Source of the DNA: Eledone cirrhosa | Taxonomy: Eukaryota | Reading direction: 5' to 3' | Length of the DNA stretch: 64,000 nucleotides | NCBI GenBank assembly: GCA_964016885.1 | Contig: OZ024741.1 | Span: 92,194,001-92,258,000, forward strand | Shown here: one piece after another, positions 38,898 through 53,234 of the stretch | Layout: each line of letters begins with the position of its first letter | Numbering within the stretch: position 1 is the stretch's first letter | Notes under the pieces: generated by a model | What the model was told of the DNA's origin: nothing | The model's input: only the letters and a program-made list of their open reading frames with translations | The model's database searches: none | Program-made: the position numbers and the translations under genes

Positions 38898-39670
38898 CCT
38901 GGGTACACAAGAGATGTAGTGGGATAGCAGGCAAACTAACAGGTAGGGAGAAATACATATGCAGTAGATGTACAGGGAAATTTGACAGTAGAAGTCGCAT
39001 TTATAGACATATTTTTCAAATGCAGGTGGGTGCTATAGAAGTGGTTGATAGCTTCCGGTACCTAGGTGATCAGATTAACATGGGAGTGCGGTGTGTTCCG
39101 AGGCCATAGTATCTAGAATAAGGACGGGTTGGAAGAAGTTTAGGGAGCTGCTTCCTCTGCTGACGAAGAAAGGTATCTCCCTGCGTACGAAAGGCTGGTT
39201 ATATGATGCCTGTGTGAGGAGCGTGATGCTGCATGGTAGTAAGACATGGGCAGCAACTGCAGAGGATATGCGATGGCTGGAGAGAAATGAGGCAAACATG
39301 CTCCATTGGATGTGCAATGTCAATGTGCGTGAACGACCCAGCATAAATGTGTTGAGAGAGAAACTGTGTCTGAGAGGGATAGATTGTAGTGTGCGACAGA
39401 GGAGACTGTGATGGTATGGACATGTGATGCGCATGGAGGATGACTGATGGGTGAAGAAGTGCCAGGAAATGCCAGTTGAAGAAGACGTAGTAGAGGTAGA
39501 CCACGAAAAACATGGGCGGAGGTGGTGAGAGCAGAGCTCAGATCACTGAAGCTCACGGTGGAGATGACGAAGGACCGTGACAAGTGGAGAGATGCTATGC
39601 TGAATAGGACCCATCTCACCCATGCAAGCAGAGAAAAGCGGATGTAAAATGATGATTTTGATGATGATGA
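38898..39670 (+). mobile_element. older RTE LINE 3' fragment
   Basis: WVHKRCSG, FRYLGD, HGSKTW, RPRKTW with frameshifts; GAT tail. Confidence 0.88.
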
Positions 39671-42508
39671 TACCTGGCATTGACTCACTGTTTCCTTTTT
39701 TTGAAACAATTTTGTAAATTGTATTCTTTAAAAATAAATTATTTTTGCTTTAATGAAACTAAAATCATCCACAACAATTCACCTACAGCATTTCCTCTTA
39801 ACAACTCATCTATGGCTATTCATCTACAGAGAGAATTTGTTTATAAACTATTTACCTACAAAAACAATTTATATAAAAATATAAAGACTACCCACTTCAC
39901 AACCCATGGGCTGGAACAGATAAAAAAAGTAATTCTAATCCTAATATAGAATTGTTGTGATAATATTAATGTGGAAGCTGAAAACATAAACAATCCCTAT
40001 TATGATATGTGCCTTGGGAATGATCAAAACACATGGATAGATCACTTCACTTCACTTTTTCCTTGATCCGCCATGGCTGTGGGGATACTGCTTTGCAGTG
40101 TATCTTAGCCAATTTACAGCCTAGTATAGCCATTCCTCTCTTCTCTTTATTGCAACTCATATCCTCCTGTTAGGTGGTTCACTCTGGTCATGGCCATTGA
40201 TTCCAAATGCAGAGAAATTCTTCTGCCCAGGTATATCATGTTAGTATCACCTCAACCCCTCCACTTAACATCATTTAGCCGGCCAGGTATGACATTAGGA
40301 GCCAGGCATGAGAACTTTCGAGGTGGATGAGGATCAGTGAACCTGTCCACTCTCATGGAATGCAGCTGTCAGTCATCAAAGGTACTACCATGACCCTGGC
40401 CCCATTGCACTCAGGTACTGAAGAAATGTTTTTTTTAAATCCCCTTACTCTATTTTCAGAGTAACAATAGATAACAGTAGATAACCCTATGTCCAGTATT
40501 GAAATAATGTTTCTTTAAATCATAGAGAGAAAATTTCACAAAAATGTGTGTATGTGAGATAGAGAAAAATGACGTATATAAACTGAGAAATATGTGACAA
40601 AAATTTGATGGTAGAATGGGAGGGTCAGTTTATATTCGCAGCCAATATTTTGCCAATTTTCACCAACTTCAAATTCTATGTATATAAGGTACTAAAATAC
40701 CCAGAGTGATTATTTTACTATGAAACACCATCTTTCTACCTTTACTACATTGTCATTAATGTTATTTATGCATTCCTTTGAAAATATTACCAACAAATTT
40801 TTATAATTTGAACATATAGAAATATCACTTACACATACACGCACTCACACACATACACACACACACATACACTCATGCACACACACATACAGGCACATAC
40901 ATGCACTCACATGCCAACTGTTTTTCTCTGACTTAATAATACTTTTTATTTCAATCTTACGGCGAGTCATAGTGATATACAGCATTTCTTTAGCATTTTA
41001 AACCTGCAGAGCCCAACCCTCTCTAGGTCTGACCATCACTAATTTCTTCCAGAGAAGGAAAGAGAGTGATATAGAGGAAGTGAGAAAGAGATATAGAAGA
41101 ATCGAACCCAGTATTGGACTGATACAGTTTTTTTATCAACCTCGAAAGGATGAAAGGCAAAGTTGAACTTGGCAGGAATTAAACTATGAGTACACATTCT
41201 GAGTGAATATTTGTGACTTATGGCAAATGAATTGTGTGTGTCTCTCAGTGAGTTGAGATTTATGGTTGCCATAGCCAATAGTCAATGAAAAATAACAAAA
41301 GGCTGCTACTTTAATAATTTCTATTAAGATATAACTTACGTTGAAGTTTTCATGATAACACAGCAAAAACAACAAAGGGTACAAAGTGAAATCGTATATT
41401 ATGTTTGTGTAATTGGTTTGGCATAGATGCTGTCAGTAGTCTGAAAAGTTGTATGTAACTAACTTTTGTTGGAATCAAATAGGAGTACGACTGTCTTGGT
41501 TCACTGGCCAAAAGGGCCTTGAGCTAATGGGTCAGAGTGAGTCTCTTGGCAACTGCATTGTTCTGATCTCTCACATAAACTGAATCAGGCTGCTTGCTGG
41601 ATACCTGAGGGCAGACTATTTATGAGAATTCTGTTGTTGACAAAAGGCAGATGGCCCCTAGAAAACTATTCTTTTATACTGTTTTATGACACAATACCAA
41701 TAGAAAGAAAGTAAAATAAGTTGAATACAATATAATAGAAATTGCTTCTCTATGAGGGCAAAGGTCAGTGTATATGGCCGCATATTTATTTTGTAGGGTG
41801 GGGTGGCAATAGTTCAAATCTCTCTGCTTAGATTTACTTCATGCATATATATTTATATATGCAACGGACTTACCATCTACCAAATTTCATTCACAAGCCA
41901 TTGGTCAGTTCAAGGCTATAGTAGAAGACACTCAAGGTACCATGCAGCGAGACTGAATCCAAAAGCAAGTTTGCAAAGCAAACTCCTTAACCAAATAGCC
42001 AATCCAATCTAATTATTTATTATCTTTTTAAATAAATATACTCATGAAATATTTTGATTGGCAACTAATTAAGGATTTCATAAATTATGCAAAACATTTT
42101 AATAATCAGATTTTTAATGACATCATCACTAGCAATTTTAATAGATTCATAAGATAACATTGTAAAGTTAAATAAAAGGATAAATAATATTTATATGTAA
42201 AAAAAGAAAAAATAGGGAAAGAATAAAGAGAATTAAGCAACAAAGGAAAGGGAGGGAAGAACAGACTCTACACCCCAGTCTGACTGGTGAGTCGCCCATA
42301 TCCCACAGAGAGAATGGTGAAAGTATTACCATGAAGAATGGCCAGCAACCCCACTTCAATAGCCACCCCACCTCACAGGGCTCCTTCCTTAGGCTGGCTG
42401 CTGTCTTTCTGATTTTACAGAGTAAATCAGCAGTGCAGGGACCAAAGGCACCAGAGATCTCAATAGTGACTGGTATAAAAGGGAAGCGACTGGACTAGCC
42501 CGGGTATA

Positions 42509-43396
42509 ACAAAATTAACCTACCTTTTATCATTACAAAATTAACCTTACTTTATATCATTACAAAATTAACCTTACTTTATATCATTACAAAATTAACC
42601 TTACCTTATATCATTACAAAATTAACCTTACTTTATATCATTACAAAATTAACCTTACCTTATATCATTACAAAATTAACCTTACCTTATATCATTACAA
42701 AATTAACCTTACTTTATATCATTACAAAATTAACCTTACCTTATATCATTACAAAATTAACCTTACCTTATATCATTACAAAATTAACCTTACTTTATAT
42801 CATTACAAAATTAACCTTATCTTATATCATTACAAAATTAACCTTACCTTATATCATTACAAAATTAACCTTACTTTATATCATTACAAAATTAACCTTA
42901 CCTTATATCATTACAAAATTAACCTTACCTTATATCATTACAAAATTAACCTTACTTTATATCATTACAAAATTAACCTTACCTTTTATCATTACAAAAT
43001 TAACCTTACCTTATATCATTACAAAATTAACCTTACCTTATATCATTACAAAATTAACCTTACCTTATATCATTACAAAATTAACCTTACTTTATATCAT
43101 TACAAAATTAACCTTACCTTATATCATTACAAAATTAACCTTACTTTATATCATTACAAAATTAACCTTACTTTATATCATTACAAAATTAACCTTACCT
43201 TATATCATTACAAAATTAACCTTACTTTATATCATTACAAAATTAACCTTACCTTATATCATTACAAAATTAACCTTACTTTATATCAGTACAAAATTAA
43301 CCTTACTTTATATCATTACAAAATTAACCTTACCTTATATCATTACAAAATTAACCTTACCTTATATCATTACAAAATTAACCTTACTTTATATCA
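42509..43396. repeat. 27-bp minisatellite, about 33 copies
   Basis: Unit acaaaattaaccttacYttatatcatt, head-to-tail with no spacers. Confidence 0.97.
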
Positions 43397-45356
43397 AATC
43401 ACTGTTTTGAAAGTATGTAAAATATGTTATTGATAAAAAAGATATTTTTTAAAAATATTCTTTGTTGAAAACATTAAATTACAGCAATAACATTCACAAA
43501 TATTTAATATTCCGGGCAAATTTTTTAAATTATTTTGAATTTGGGTGTAGCAAACAAAGGAATTCATAATTTTTTTAACACAAATTCAAAACTCTATGGT
43601 GAAGGTTCACAATAATAAAATCAATTATTTAATTCTTTGCTCTGGCAGTGCATTCAATTTTTTTTAGCAAGATGTTTCATTTTACATTGCTTTTTATGAT
43701 GGGACTGGGACTATCATTAAAATACCTAAGAAAACTCCTATGAAACACAACCTCATAGGAGGCCATTTAACTTAATATGTGTGGGCTGTAACTACAACAC
43801 GACTCTACACAGATTTTAACATTTCCTGTTTTTCTTTATTTGAGTTTATTTAATAACTATAGGGTGTAAGATTCGAGAAAGATTTAGCTGTTACTTCTAG
43901 TAGCTTGAATGACCACAAACAGGCACCTTCACTCCTTCAATGATCATCTTGTTGTTTAGTATCAGTTTAACTCTGATTGAGCAGACATCTTATCGAAAAC
44001 ATTCCAACCATGATTATCACATCTGTTTGTATATAAAGTTTTGGGTTATATTGGTAAATGTGTCAGTTTTGTCTTTCATCCTTCTGGGGTTAATAAAATA
44101 AAGTACCATTCAAGTACTGAGATTGATTTAATTAACTTTCCCCTCTTGCTAAATTGCTGGCCTTGTTGGGTTGGTAGTATTGATGGAGCATCGGACAACA
44201 TTCTTTTCAGCAAAGAGTTATGACCCTTTCAGTTAACTAAATTACTCTGTGAAGCAGGGGTGTGTAACATATTCCATTAGCAGGCTACTTTTGAACATTG
44301 GAACAACTATTAGGGCCATTAATATTTATTAAGCACTATTCCAAAGATTCACCACAACTTCTTTCCATAACATGGAACTGGGAAATTATAACACACATAA
44401 CCCTATCAGTGAAGCCCTTTAGTAGAGGTCAACTAACAGAAAATTTTATTACGGTTACGAAAAAAATTCTAAATAAGTCTACAAGGTAAAAATTAAAAGT
44501 GGTCATCACGGGCTACTCTGACTGGTTTGGCAGGCCGGATTGTGGACTGCGGGCCACCTGTAAATCATCAATATCAACAACAATAATAATAATAGTTTCT
44601 GATTTAGGTACAAGGCCAGCAATTTGGATGAAAGGCATAGCTAACCTGAAATCCCACCAAGGTAAACTTTGCCTTTCATCCTTACAGAGTCGATAAAGTA
44701 AAGAACCAGTAATACACTAAAATTGCTGGCCTTGTGCCTAAATCAGAAACCATTTTTAAATTGAAAGTTAGTTATTTCATGAAGGCCATGTATTATTTCT
44801 AGATTATATGGTTACAAATAGGTTACGAGTACATAAATCGAAACATTTTTAGGTCGCACATGGACTGAAAGCTTTTCTATGCCATTATGTAGCAATTTTT
44901 CTACAACTGGATGATCTTCTCGATATCACCCATATTTTATTTATAAGTATGGTATATGTTGCTCATTTTCATCACTCTACTATACTGTGGGAGATATTGT
45001 TTATGCAGGACATAAGCAAATGTCTCCGCTTGCATTAAATGTTATCGATATGAAGAAGCATGTGGTAAACTAACACATAAACACACAATGATGATGTTTT
45101 TCCATGCTGGTATAGGCTGGAAGGATTGTTATAGACCAAGGCAGTATTCCTAGATGTCTCATTTACAAAGATTCCAGTTTAGGTGTGAGATCTTCAGTTA
45201 GATGACCTTCTTTTCATCAAACACATGGCAATATATATATATGTCCAGTAAAAGATTTATTTATCTGTGTGAGCTGGGATGCCACTTTGGTAAAAACAGG
45301 AGTAAGCAGGAGAAAGCTCTCCACATTCATAGTGTGTAGTTATGATGGAGATTCAG

Positions 45357-45713
45357 TATAAGAATAACATTAAGAAAAGATGCTGTGTTTACTTAAAGCG
45401 TTTATTCATTATAATTATTTCTATGGTGACCCATATGCAATTCAAGATGCAGTAGTTGTATTTGTTGCTGGTATGGGTGTGATTTCATCAGATGAATTTA
45501 CATTTATGTGATATGCTGCAGGCAAAAACATATTCGTTTTTATGTTTTTGCCTGCCGGATATCACAAACATAAATTCATCTGATGAAATTGCACCCATAC
45601 CAGCAACAAATGCAACTACTGCATCTTGAATTGCATATGGTCACCATAGAAATAATTATAATGAATAAATTCTTTAAGTAAACACACCATCTTTTCTTAA
45701 TGTTATTCTTATA
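45357..45713. mobile_element. ~355-bp fold-back element with a hammerhead-like motif in each arm
   Basis: Arms are reverse complements centred near 45537. The + arm 45574-45666 reads AUUCAU-CUGAUGA-...-GAAA-UAAUUA-UA^AUGAAU; mirror at 45404-45497. Helix II closure is unclear. Confidence 0.7.
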
Positions 45714-45952
45714 TATATATATATATATATACGATATTAAACAAATGGAAACTATATTTATAAAACCATATTTATTTCATTAAATATAGTTTCCATTTGT
45801 TTAATATCGTATATCTACTCCAAAACTTGTTGAGTGCTTTATATCAGTTATAAAATATTTACTCGTTGTAACCCAACAATTTTAAATAAAACTTTTGCAT
45901 ATATATATATATATATATGAAGAAATTAAAAGATGGTTAAAAAAGTTCCATA

Positions 45953-46023
45953 TATTTTATTATGCGTATTTCAAAAACAAATATCATCCTGGGATGATAC
46001 TTGCATTCTCATCAGATAAAATA
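45953..46023 (-). ncRNA. type-I hammerhead ribozyme
   Basis: UAUUUUAU-CUGAUGA-GAAUGCAAGUAUCAUCC(CA)GGAUGAUAUUUGUUUUU-GAAA-UACGCA-UA^AUAAAAUA. The element ends in a perfect 30-bp palindrome at 46073-46102. Confidence 0.8.
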
Positions 46024-46116
46024 AGGTAACATGATATGATGCCTAAAAAAAAAACACTTGTGAACAAGAAAGTGTCCAGTCAACATATATGTTGACTGGA
46101 CATATATATATATATA

Positions 46117-46700
46117 TAAGTGCAGGGCGATCAAAATTGATGGGAGTTACGGAGTAGGTAGACCCACAAAAACCTGGAACGACATGGTAATTTCCGACCT
46201 TGCACACTTACACCTCTCTAAGACAATGTCACTGGACTGAGTTCTTTGGTGCCTCACAGTAATACAGAAGACCCGCCTTCCCTACGTGCAAAGTTAACCT
46301 ACAGTCATTAGGCTCCTCTTAATCAAATATACACTCCAATGCACCACCCTACTCCATCCTCCCACTCCCACCAACACCACTCTTTCTCTATAAATTTATG
46401 TTGGTACAACAGAACATCCAGTCCAAACTAAAGAGATTGTGTAGGTGTCATGACAAAAAACACAGTCCACGCTGTAATGTGGCCGTGTAGGTAATACGGT
46501 AAAAAGCTCTCAGTCCACACTGTAAATGTGGTTGGTGTTAGGAAGGGCATCCAACCGTAGAAAACCAGATAGTCCTATACGAGCGAGACACGGTCACCCG
46601 ACCAATCTTGCCTCAACTGGGACAACACCCATCTAACCCATGCTAGCGTGGAAGATAGACGTTAAACGATGATGATGATGATGATGATGATGGTGGTGAT
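46117..46700 (+). mobile_element. RTE LINE 3' end fragment
   Basis: Similar to 26290-26860; GAT tail. Confidence 0.85.
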
Positions 46701-46846
46701 GACGATGGATGGATGGCCAGAATAGAACATATGTGCAAGATGCTGTCATCTGACCTCAGAATGTGACAACCCAGCTAAGCATGGAAAATAGACACAAATT
46801 AGTAATGATAATGTTATATATATATATTCTCTTTGTTTTGTTTCAG

Positions 46847-46977
46847 GTTGGGGACCAAAAATTCACTGCCCACAGGATTATCCTTGCTGCCACCATCCCT
46901 TACTTCCATTCTATGTTTACCCATGACATGGTAGAATCAAAGCAAGATGAAATCCTCATGCATGGTATTGAATCCAG
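46847..46977 (+). CDS. KLHL18: KLHL18 coding exon 2 (BTB)
   Basis: tttcAG|[43 protein letters not shown]|GT; 131 nt. Confidence 0.95.
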
Positions 46978-47414
46978 GTAACAACAGCTATTTATTTTCC
47001 ATTTTCTTTCCATCTGACTATTAAATTTACTACTTTCACTATTTATAGTGTTTTTTGTTTGTTTTATGAATATATTATTGAGATATCTTTAAGAATGGGC
47101 CTTCTTTGGTCATGACACCATAGGTTTGTACTTCTCCAAGATGCAAGTTTGAGCAAGGTGTTTTGTGGAAGACCAGCAGTTGTTCATGTATGCTAGTCTC
47201 CCCTCTCCATGCCACCAATATTGCCCAAGGGAAAGACAAAGGCTGATACAACTTGGCATCAGTTACATCACAACTCATTTTTTTTCCAAAATGGAGTGGA
47301 GCAATGTGAAATAAAGTGTCTTGCTCCAGAACACAAGGTATTACCTAGTTTGCAAATCAAACTTATCACTTTATGATTAAGAGTCCAACACCCTAACTAC
47401 TAGACAACATGCCT

Positions 47415-48040
47415 TCACATTGTATCTTTAAATGTTATGCAGAACAAGATCAATGTCTTTCAACATGCAATTTTCAAGCTAATGTGATCAGAAATAGAAC
47501 TGACCCAAAGTGTCGATTCTGTGATGAGAATGTTGAGACCATTAACCATCTGCTTTCAGGCTACGAAGTATTAGCTTCCCAGGAATATAAAATAAGGCAC
47601 GATAGAGTGGGGCAATATTTACACTTGGTAATGTGAAAGTTTTATGGTATAAAAACAGAGTGAAATTGGTACAACCATCACTCAGATGCAGTAACCGGAG
47701 GTGAGGATGTGACAATCCTATAGGACTTCTCCCTGAACACTGACAGACATGATATAATTGTGAAGGACCATAAATAGAAAACATGCTTTGTAATTGACAT
47801 GAACATTCCATTAGATCGTAATATCTCCTCAAAAGAGTTCTAAAAGCTCAATAAGTATAAAGATATGAAATTGAAATGTGACATCTTAAAGCCTGTGCAA
47901 TACCAGAGTTAGCCAGTGCATCTGGAATGATAAAAAAGGGAACTGAAAAATATTTGGACCTGGAAAACCACCTCTGCAAGAGATACAGAAAATAGTGCTG
48001 ACTGGCACTGTCCGTGTCCTGAAAAGGGCATTATCAATTT
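47415..48040 (+). mobile_element. R4/Dong-like non-LTR retrotransposon 3' fragment (CCHC + RLE)
   Basis: AEQDQ...CRFC...ETINHLLSG...LA..EY..RHDRV zinc-knuckle region, followed by a decayed RLE segment. Confidence 0.7.
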
Positions 48041-48289
48041 TTAAAACCTTGCAAAGACATTTACTGTTGATTATGCCCTTATAGCATCATTTGTATAAAA
48101 ATTGATTGTAAAATGTGTGTATTACCAAATTTTGCCTCAGGTGTCAAAGAAGTAGAACTCACAAGAAGTTTTAAATAATAATCATAAAGCCTCCACTTTT
48201 ACTCCACTACCATTTTTTGTTTTATGGTTAGACAAAATCAGTTGATATTTCATGATAGAACTTTGAATTGTTTTGTTTTATTTCACCAG

Positions 48290-48430
48290 TGCATTGGAAT
48301 CACTTGTAAATTTTGCCTATAATGGTCGTCTGGAAATCAACATAAATACGGTTCAATCACTCCTTGTGGCATCTTGTTTTCTGCAGCTGCAATGTGTTAA
48401 AGAAGCTTGCTGTAATTTTCTGAAGACCAG
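48290..48430 (+). CDS. KLHL18: KLHL18 coding exon 3 (BTB)
   Basis: ccAG|(S)[46 protein letters not shown](R)|GT; 141 nt, phase-compatible. Not in the ORF track. Confidence 0.95.
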
Positions 48431-50118
48431 GTAAATAATCTTTCTACAACTGTGAATAGTTTTTATTAGCCATTCATTCCTTCAGCTCCAATTAGCTTAT
48501 GTATGACTAATCATTCTTCTATGTAGAGTATTTTCATCCATTCACTTCTTTAGGATCAATCTTTCTCTATATTCCTCACCCAATCTCTTTTCACATCTGA
48601 CCTCTTACCTTTTATTCAGTAACAATATTGCCTTCACCCAATAACGTCTTCTCTAAATGGACCTCTTCTCTTATATGGAGAGCTTTATTGTATCCCAGGA
48701 AGCCTTATAATTTTGGGGTTATATGTTGACTTCAACTGTACATTTGTCTTGATATTCTCCAATACTTGCCTTTAGATCAAGGCCTTAAACCTCCACTACC
48801 AGCATTTTAACCATTATCCAACTAACGTAATGTATATTCTTGTTTGTTATACCTTGCAAACTACTTTAGGCTACATATGCCAGATTTTGAATGAATGAAG
48901 GTTTGCGGACTCTATAACTTTTTATTGTGATTTAACTTCTAATGAACACCTCTCTTTCACTTGTGTAGCCATGTTGTAGTCTGCAGGGCCCTATAAATAT
49001 TACTGTGGTATCAACTGTCCACACACCTTTGTATGCCTAACTGCTTGAGATCAAGTTATGGTTTGAACTTTTTCATGACTGACAATTTAATTGGTAACCA
49101 ACTTTAATAATGTATATTTTCTTTGGTAATACCTTTTACACTACTTTTGTATACAGCCATATATGTTGGAGGAGTATGTACAGGTTTGTCAGATATTTGT
49201 GCATGTAAGGTGTTTGTATGTATTGTTAATACTTTAACTGTTACCCTACAAATATGTTATATTCTTTCTTTGGAATTACTTGAGACTTGTTAGAAGTAGA
49301 TAGATTTACATCTAATTTTATTGATTGTTTATCACCAAGCCTGATAAATATTTATCCAATAAATTCACTGGTAGTATATTACTTAACCTTTCATTTCATT
49401 ATTTATTCTCTACTTGATATTCAAGGAAGTTGGCAAAAATATTAAAGTTATCAGACTATTCAAATTTTGGGTTTGCTTTACCTTTGATCTCTTAAATATC
49501 ATCATCATCATCACAATTATCATCATCAACATCATCAATACCATCATTACTATTAGTGACATCATCGACATCAACATCCTCAACAACATCATCATCATTG
49601 ATTTTACACTTGCTTTCTCCATGCTTGCATGGGTTAGAATGAGATATTTTTTAAGCAGTTTTTCTATAGCTGGATGCCTTCTCTGCCCATACCTTATTTT
49701 TTTTGAGTATGGTATACACTGCTAACATTCATCAAATCACTATACTGCAGAGTGTATTACAAGAAACTTAAACAATGTCAATGCTCTCTTCTATAAACAG
49801 TTGTTCATATGATGATTTGCAGTGACTGGCATACACATGTACACCCAAAGTACCAATTAACAATACATCTCATAAAACATTTTCCTTTGTGCCTATTCAA
49901 AAGGATTTCTTTTATTCTTTTACTGGTTTCAGTACCACATGAAAATGTATTAGCAAGATATTTTTGAAAAGTATAAAATAACACTATGACTGCAAATTTT
50001 CATAACAGTATGTCCAGTAATAAAGATACCATAAACATTTGCATTAACAAACTCATTTCTAGATATTTTCTGCTAAATAATTATAGGATGTTAAGAGTTA
50101 ACAAAACTCATCATCATT

Positions 50119-52308
50119 ATCATGTTTTGCAACGTGAGGACCAGAAACAGGAGGTGTTCAAGATTGCGAGGCAGTGTGTCAGAGAGAATTGTGATGTCAT
50201 TGGAGAGAAGTGTATCCGGAATGATAAAGGTGAGCTTGCCCTCACAAGTGCTGAGAAGAAAGATGCATGGAAGAGCCATTATGATAGATTACTAAATGAG
50301 GAGAATGCATGGGAAGAAGAGACCCTACCCCAAGTCGACCCTATAGAGGAACCAGCAGTACAAGTCAGTAGCAGTGTAGTAAGGCAATCAAAGATATGAA
50401 GATGGGGAAGGCAACCGGTCCATCGGGTATAGCTGCCGAGATGCTGAAGGCATCTGGGTCTGTAGGTCACACTATAACCACACGTATTGTTAACCAGGTA
50501 ATACTAGAAGGTGTCATACCAAAAGATTGGTGCAGTAGCATCATTGTCAACTGCTACAAAGGTAAAGGTGATGCACTAGATAGAGGAAACTATAGAGGTA
50601 TAAAGCTGATGGACCCGGTCATGAAAGTAACAGAAAGAGTTATAGCACAGTTGATTAGGGACCGGGTGAAAATAGATGAGATGCAATTTGGGTTTGTACG
50701 AGAAAGAGGCACCTCTTGTGAGGCAGTTACAGGAAAAATACCTAGCTAAAAGTAAGCCACTCTACCTGGCATTCGTCGATCTGGAGAAAGCCTTTGACAG
50801 AGTTCCACGTGCTGTAATCTGGTGGGCTCTTAGAAAACTAGGAGTAGATGAATGGCTTGTGAAAGCTGTATAAGCCATGTATAGGGGAGCAGTCAGCAAA
50901 GTTAGGATTAGCAATGAGTATAGCGAGGAATTTAGCGTACAGGTTGGTGTCCACCAGGGCTCTGTTCTTAGCCCTCTCCTGTTCATCATAGTCCTGCAGG
51001 CAATAACGGAGGAGTTTAAGACCGGATGCCCATGGGAACTCCTGTATGCTGATGACCTCGCACTTATAGCTGAATCTATGGTAGAACTAGAGAAGAAATT
51101 CCAAACTTGGAAGCAGGGACTAGAAGAAAGGGTCTCAAAGTCAACATGACAAAGACTAAGGTCCTTGTAAGTAGACGAGAAAACAGAACCCAGATCCCCT
51201 CAAGGAAATGGCCTTGCTCAGTATGTAGGAAAGGTGTAGGTAGGAACTCCATTCTCTGCCCCAAATGCAAACAATGGGTACACAAAAGATGTAGCAGGAT
51301 CTCAGGAAGCTTAATTAAGAATGTAGGCTTCACATGCAGCAGCTGTGCTGGGACAGCAAGCAGCAAACAGCCACAGGAAACAAGTACCACCAATCTCTGG
51401 GAGGGCTCTGTAGAAACAGTAGACAGCTTCTGCTACCTAGGTGATCGAATTAGCAGCGGAGGTGGGTGTTCAGAAAGTATAATAACTAGGGTAAGAATGG
51501 GATGGAAGAAGTTCAGGGAACTACTGCCACTGCTAGCTGCAAAAGGCTTCTCCCTCAAAATGAAAGGCAGACTGTATGATGCGTGTATCCGAACAACAAT
51601 GTTACATGGTAGTGAGACCTGGGCGCTGAAGGTGGAAGACTTATGTAGATTAGAAAGAAACAAAGCCTGCATGCTCTGATGTATGTGTAATAGTAATATA
51701 CGCGAACGACAAAGCATAAATGAATTGAGAGACAGACTGAGCATAAGAGGAATCAAATGCTGTGCGCAGGAGAGGTGGTTGCGTTGGTATGGACATGTGA
51801 TGCGTATGAAGGAGGACAGCTTCATAAAAAGGTGCAGAGGACTAGAAGTCAATGGAAACCGCGGAGTGGGGAGACCCAAGAAGACCTGGGATGAGGTGAT
51901 AAAAGCCGACCTTACTCAATTACACCTCTCAAAGGCGTTGACACACGACCGTGACCTCTGGCGTCACACAGTAATACAGAGTACCCGACCTCCCATGGGT
52001 ACAAGCTGAAGCATATAGACAATATGCCCCCACACCCTCCCACTGCAAGGTGGTCGTGGAGGTGCCACGGCAAAAAAGCACCCAGCCCACACTGTAAAGT
52101 GGACGTGTAGGCGCCACGGAAAAAGCACCCAGCACTCACTGTAAATGAGGTTGGTGTTAGGAAGGGCATCCAGCTGTAGAAATCAAGCCAAAATCAGTTC
52201 CTGTATGAGCAAGGCATGGTCAGCCGACCAGACACTGCCCACAACAGGACAACCCATCTAACCCATGCTAGCATGGAAGAACAGACGTAAAACGGTGATG
52301 ATGATGAT
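50119..52308 (+). mobile_element. RTE LINE, 5'-truncated and frameshifted (RT-PHD-3' UTR)
   Basis: ORF pieces at 49986-52009 are collinear with the 16817 ORF; GAT tail. Abuts an opposite-strand RTE tail at about 52310-52530. Confidence 0.92.
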
Positions 52309-52674
52309 TATCATCGTCTTTTTTACATCCATTTCTCCATGCTTGCATGGGTTGGATGGGTCTTTTCCAGCACAGCTGCATCCCTTTGTCATCTTCTCTA
52401 TGAGGTTCAGCATTTTGAGATCTGCTCTCACCATTTCTGCTGAGGTTTTCTTTGATCTTCCTCTACTGCAGCTTCTTTCCACTGGGAGCTCCTGGCAATC
52501 CTTCACCCAACAATCATCTTCCATGTTCATCCTAGTACAGACTTCTCAGAGAGAAGTCTGTACTAGGATGGACATCCATGCTTGTATATTAATATTACAC
52601 ACCCATCAAAGCACTTACAATATTTTCTCTTGTGTCTATTCAAATGGTATAAGCATTATCTTTTTTTTTCTGTG

Positions 52675-52990
52675 AAGGCACATGGCTTAGTGGTTAGAGC
52701 ATTGGGCTTGCAATCAAAAGGTTGTGAGTTTGATTCTTGGACCGGGTGATGCATTGTGTCCTTGACCAAGACACTTTATTTCACGCTCCAGTTTACTCAG
52801 CTGTAGAAATGAGTTGCAGTGTCCCTGGTGCCAAGCTATATTGGCCATAGCCTTTCCCTTGGACATCATCGGTGGCATGGAGAGGGGAGACTGGTATGCA
52901 TGGGTGACTGCTGGTCTTCCTCAAACAACCTTGCCCGGAATTGTGCATCAGAGGGAAACTTTCCAGGTCATTCATGACTGAAGAGAGTCT
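52675..52990 (+). mobile_element. tRNA-derived SINE with CORE-like domain
   Basis: TGGCTTAGTGG A-box, GAGTTTGATTC B-box-like, tgtgtccttgaccaagacactt domain. Opposite-strand copies at about 47098-47412 and 54300-54535. Confidence 0.75.
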
Positions 52991-53035
52991 TCGAAGCATT
53001 TTCTAAAAATATGCTTTTTTTCTTTTTCTTTCTAG

Positions 53036-53234
53036 ACTTCATCCACAGAATTGTCTTGGAATCCGTAGTTTTGGTGAACAGTACATGTGCCCCAGCTTAG
53101 TGGAGGCTGCGAACAAGTACATTCAGAAACATTTTAAGGATGTTGCCAACTCTGACGAATTCCTCAACCTTGACAAAGCTGAAATTTTAGAGATTATTTC
53201 TCGTGATGAACTGCATGTGAAAACAGAAGAACTG
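53036..53234 (+). CDS. KLHL18: KLHL18 coding exon 4 (BACK)
   Basis: tctAG|LHPQNCLGIRSFGEQYMCPSLVEAANKYIQKHF...SRDELHVKTEEL|GTGAG; 199 nt. Confidence 0.95.

Noticed and set aside
42509-43396. CRISPR-like regular array
   Set aside because: Units are contiguous with no unique spacers, there are no cas genes, and the context is a eukaryotic intron.
52974-53004. CTGAAGA...CGAAG hammerhead-like string before exon 4
   Set aside because: GAAG rather than GAAA, no helix I pairing; it is the end of a SINE.
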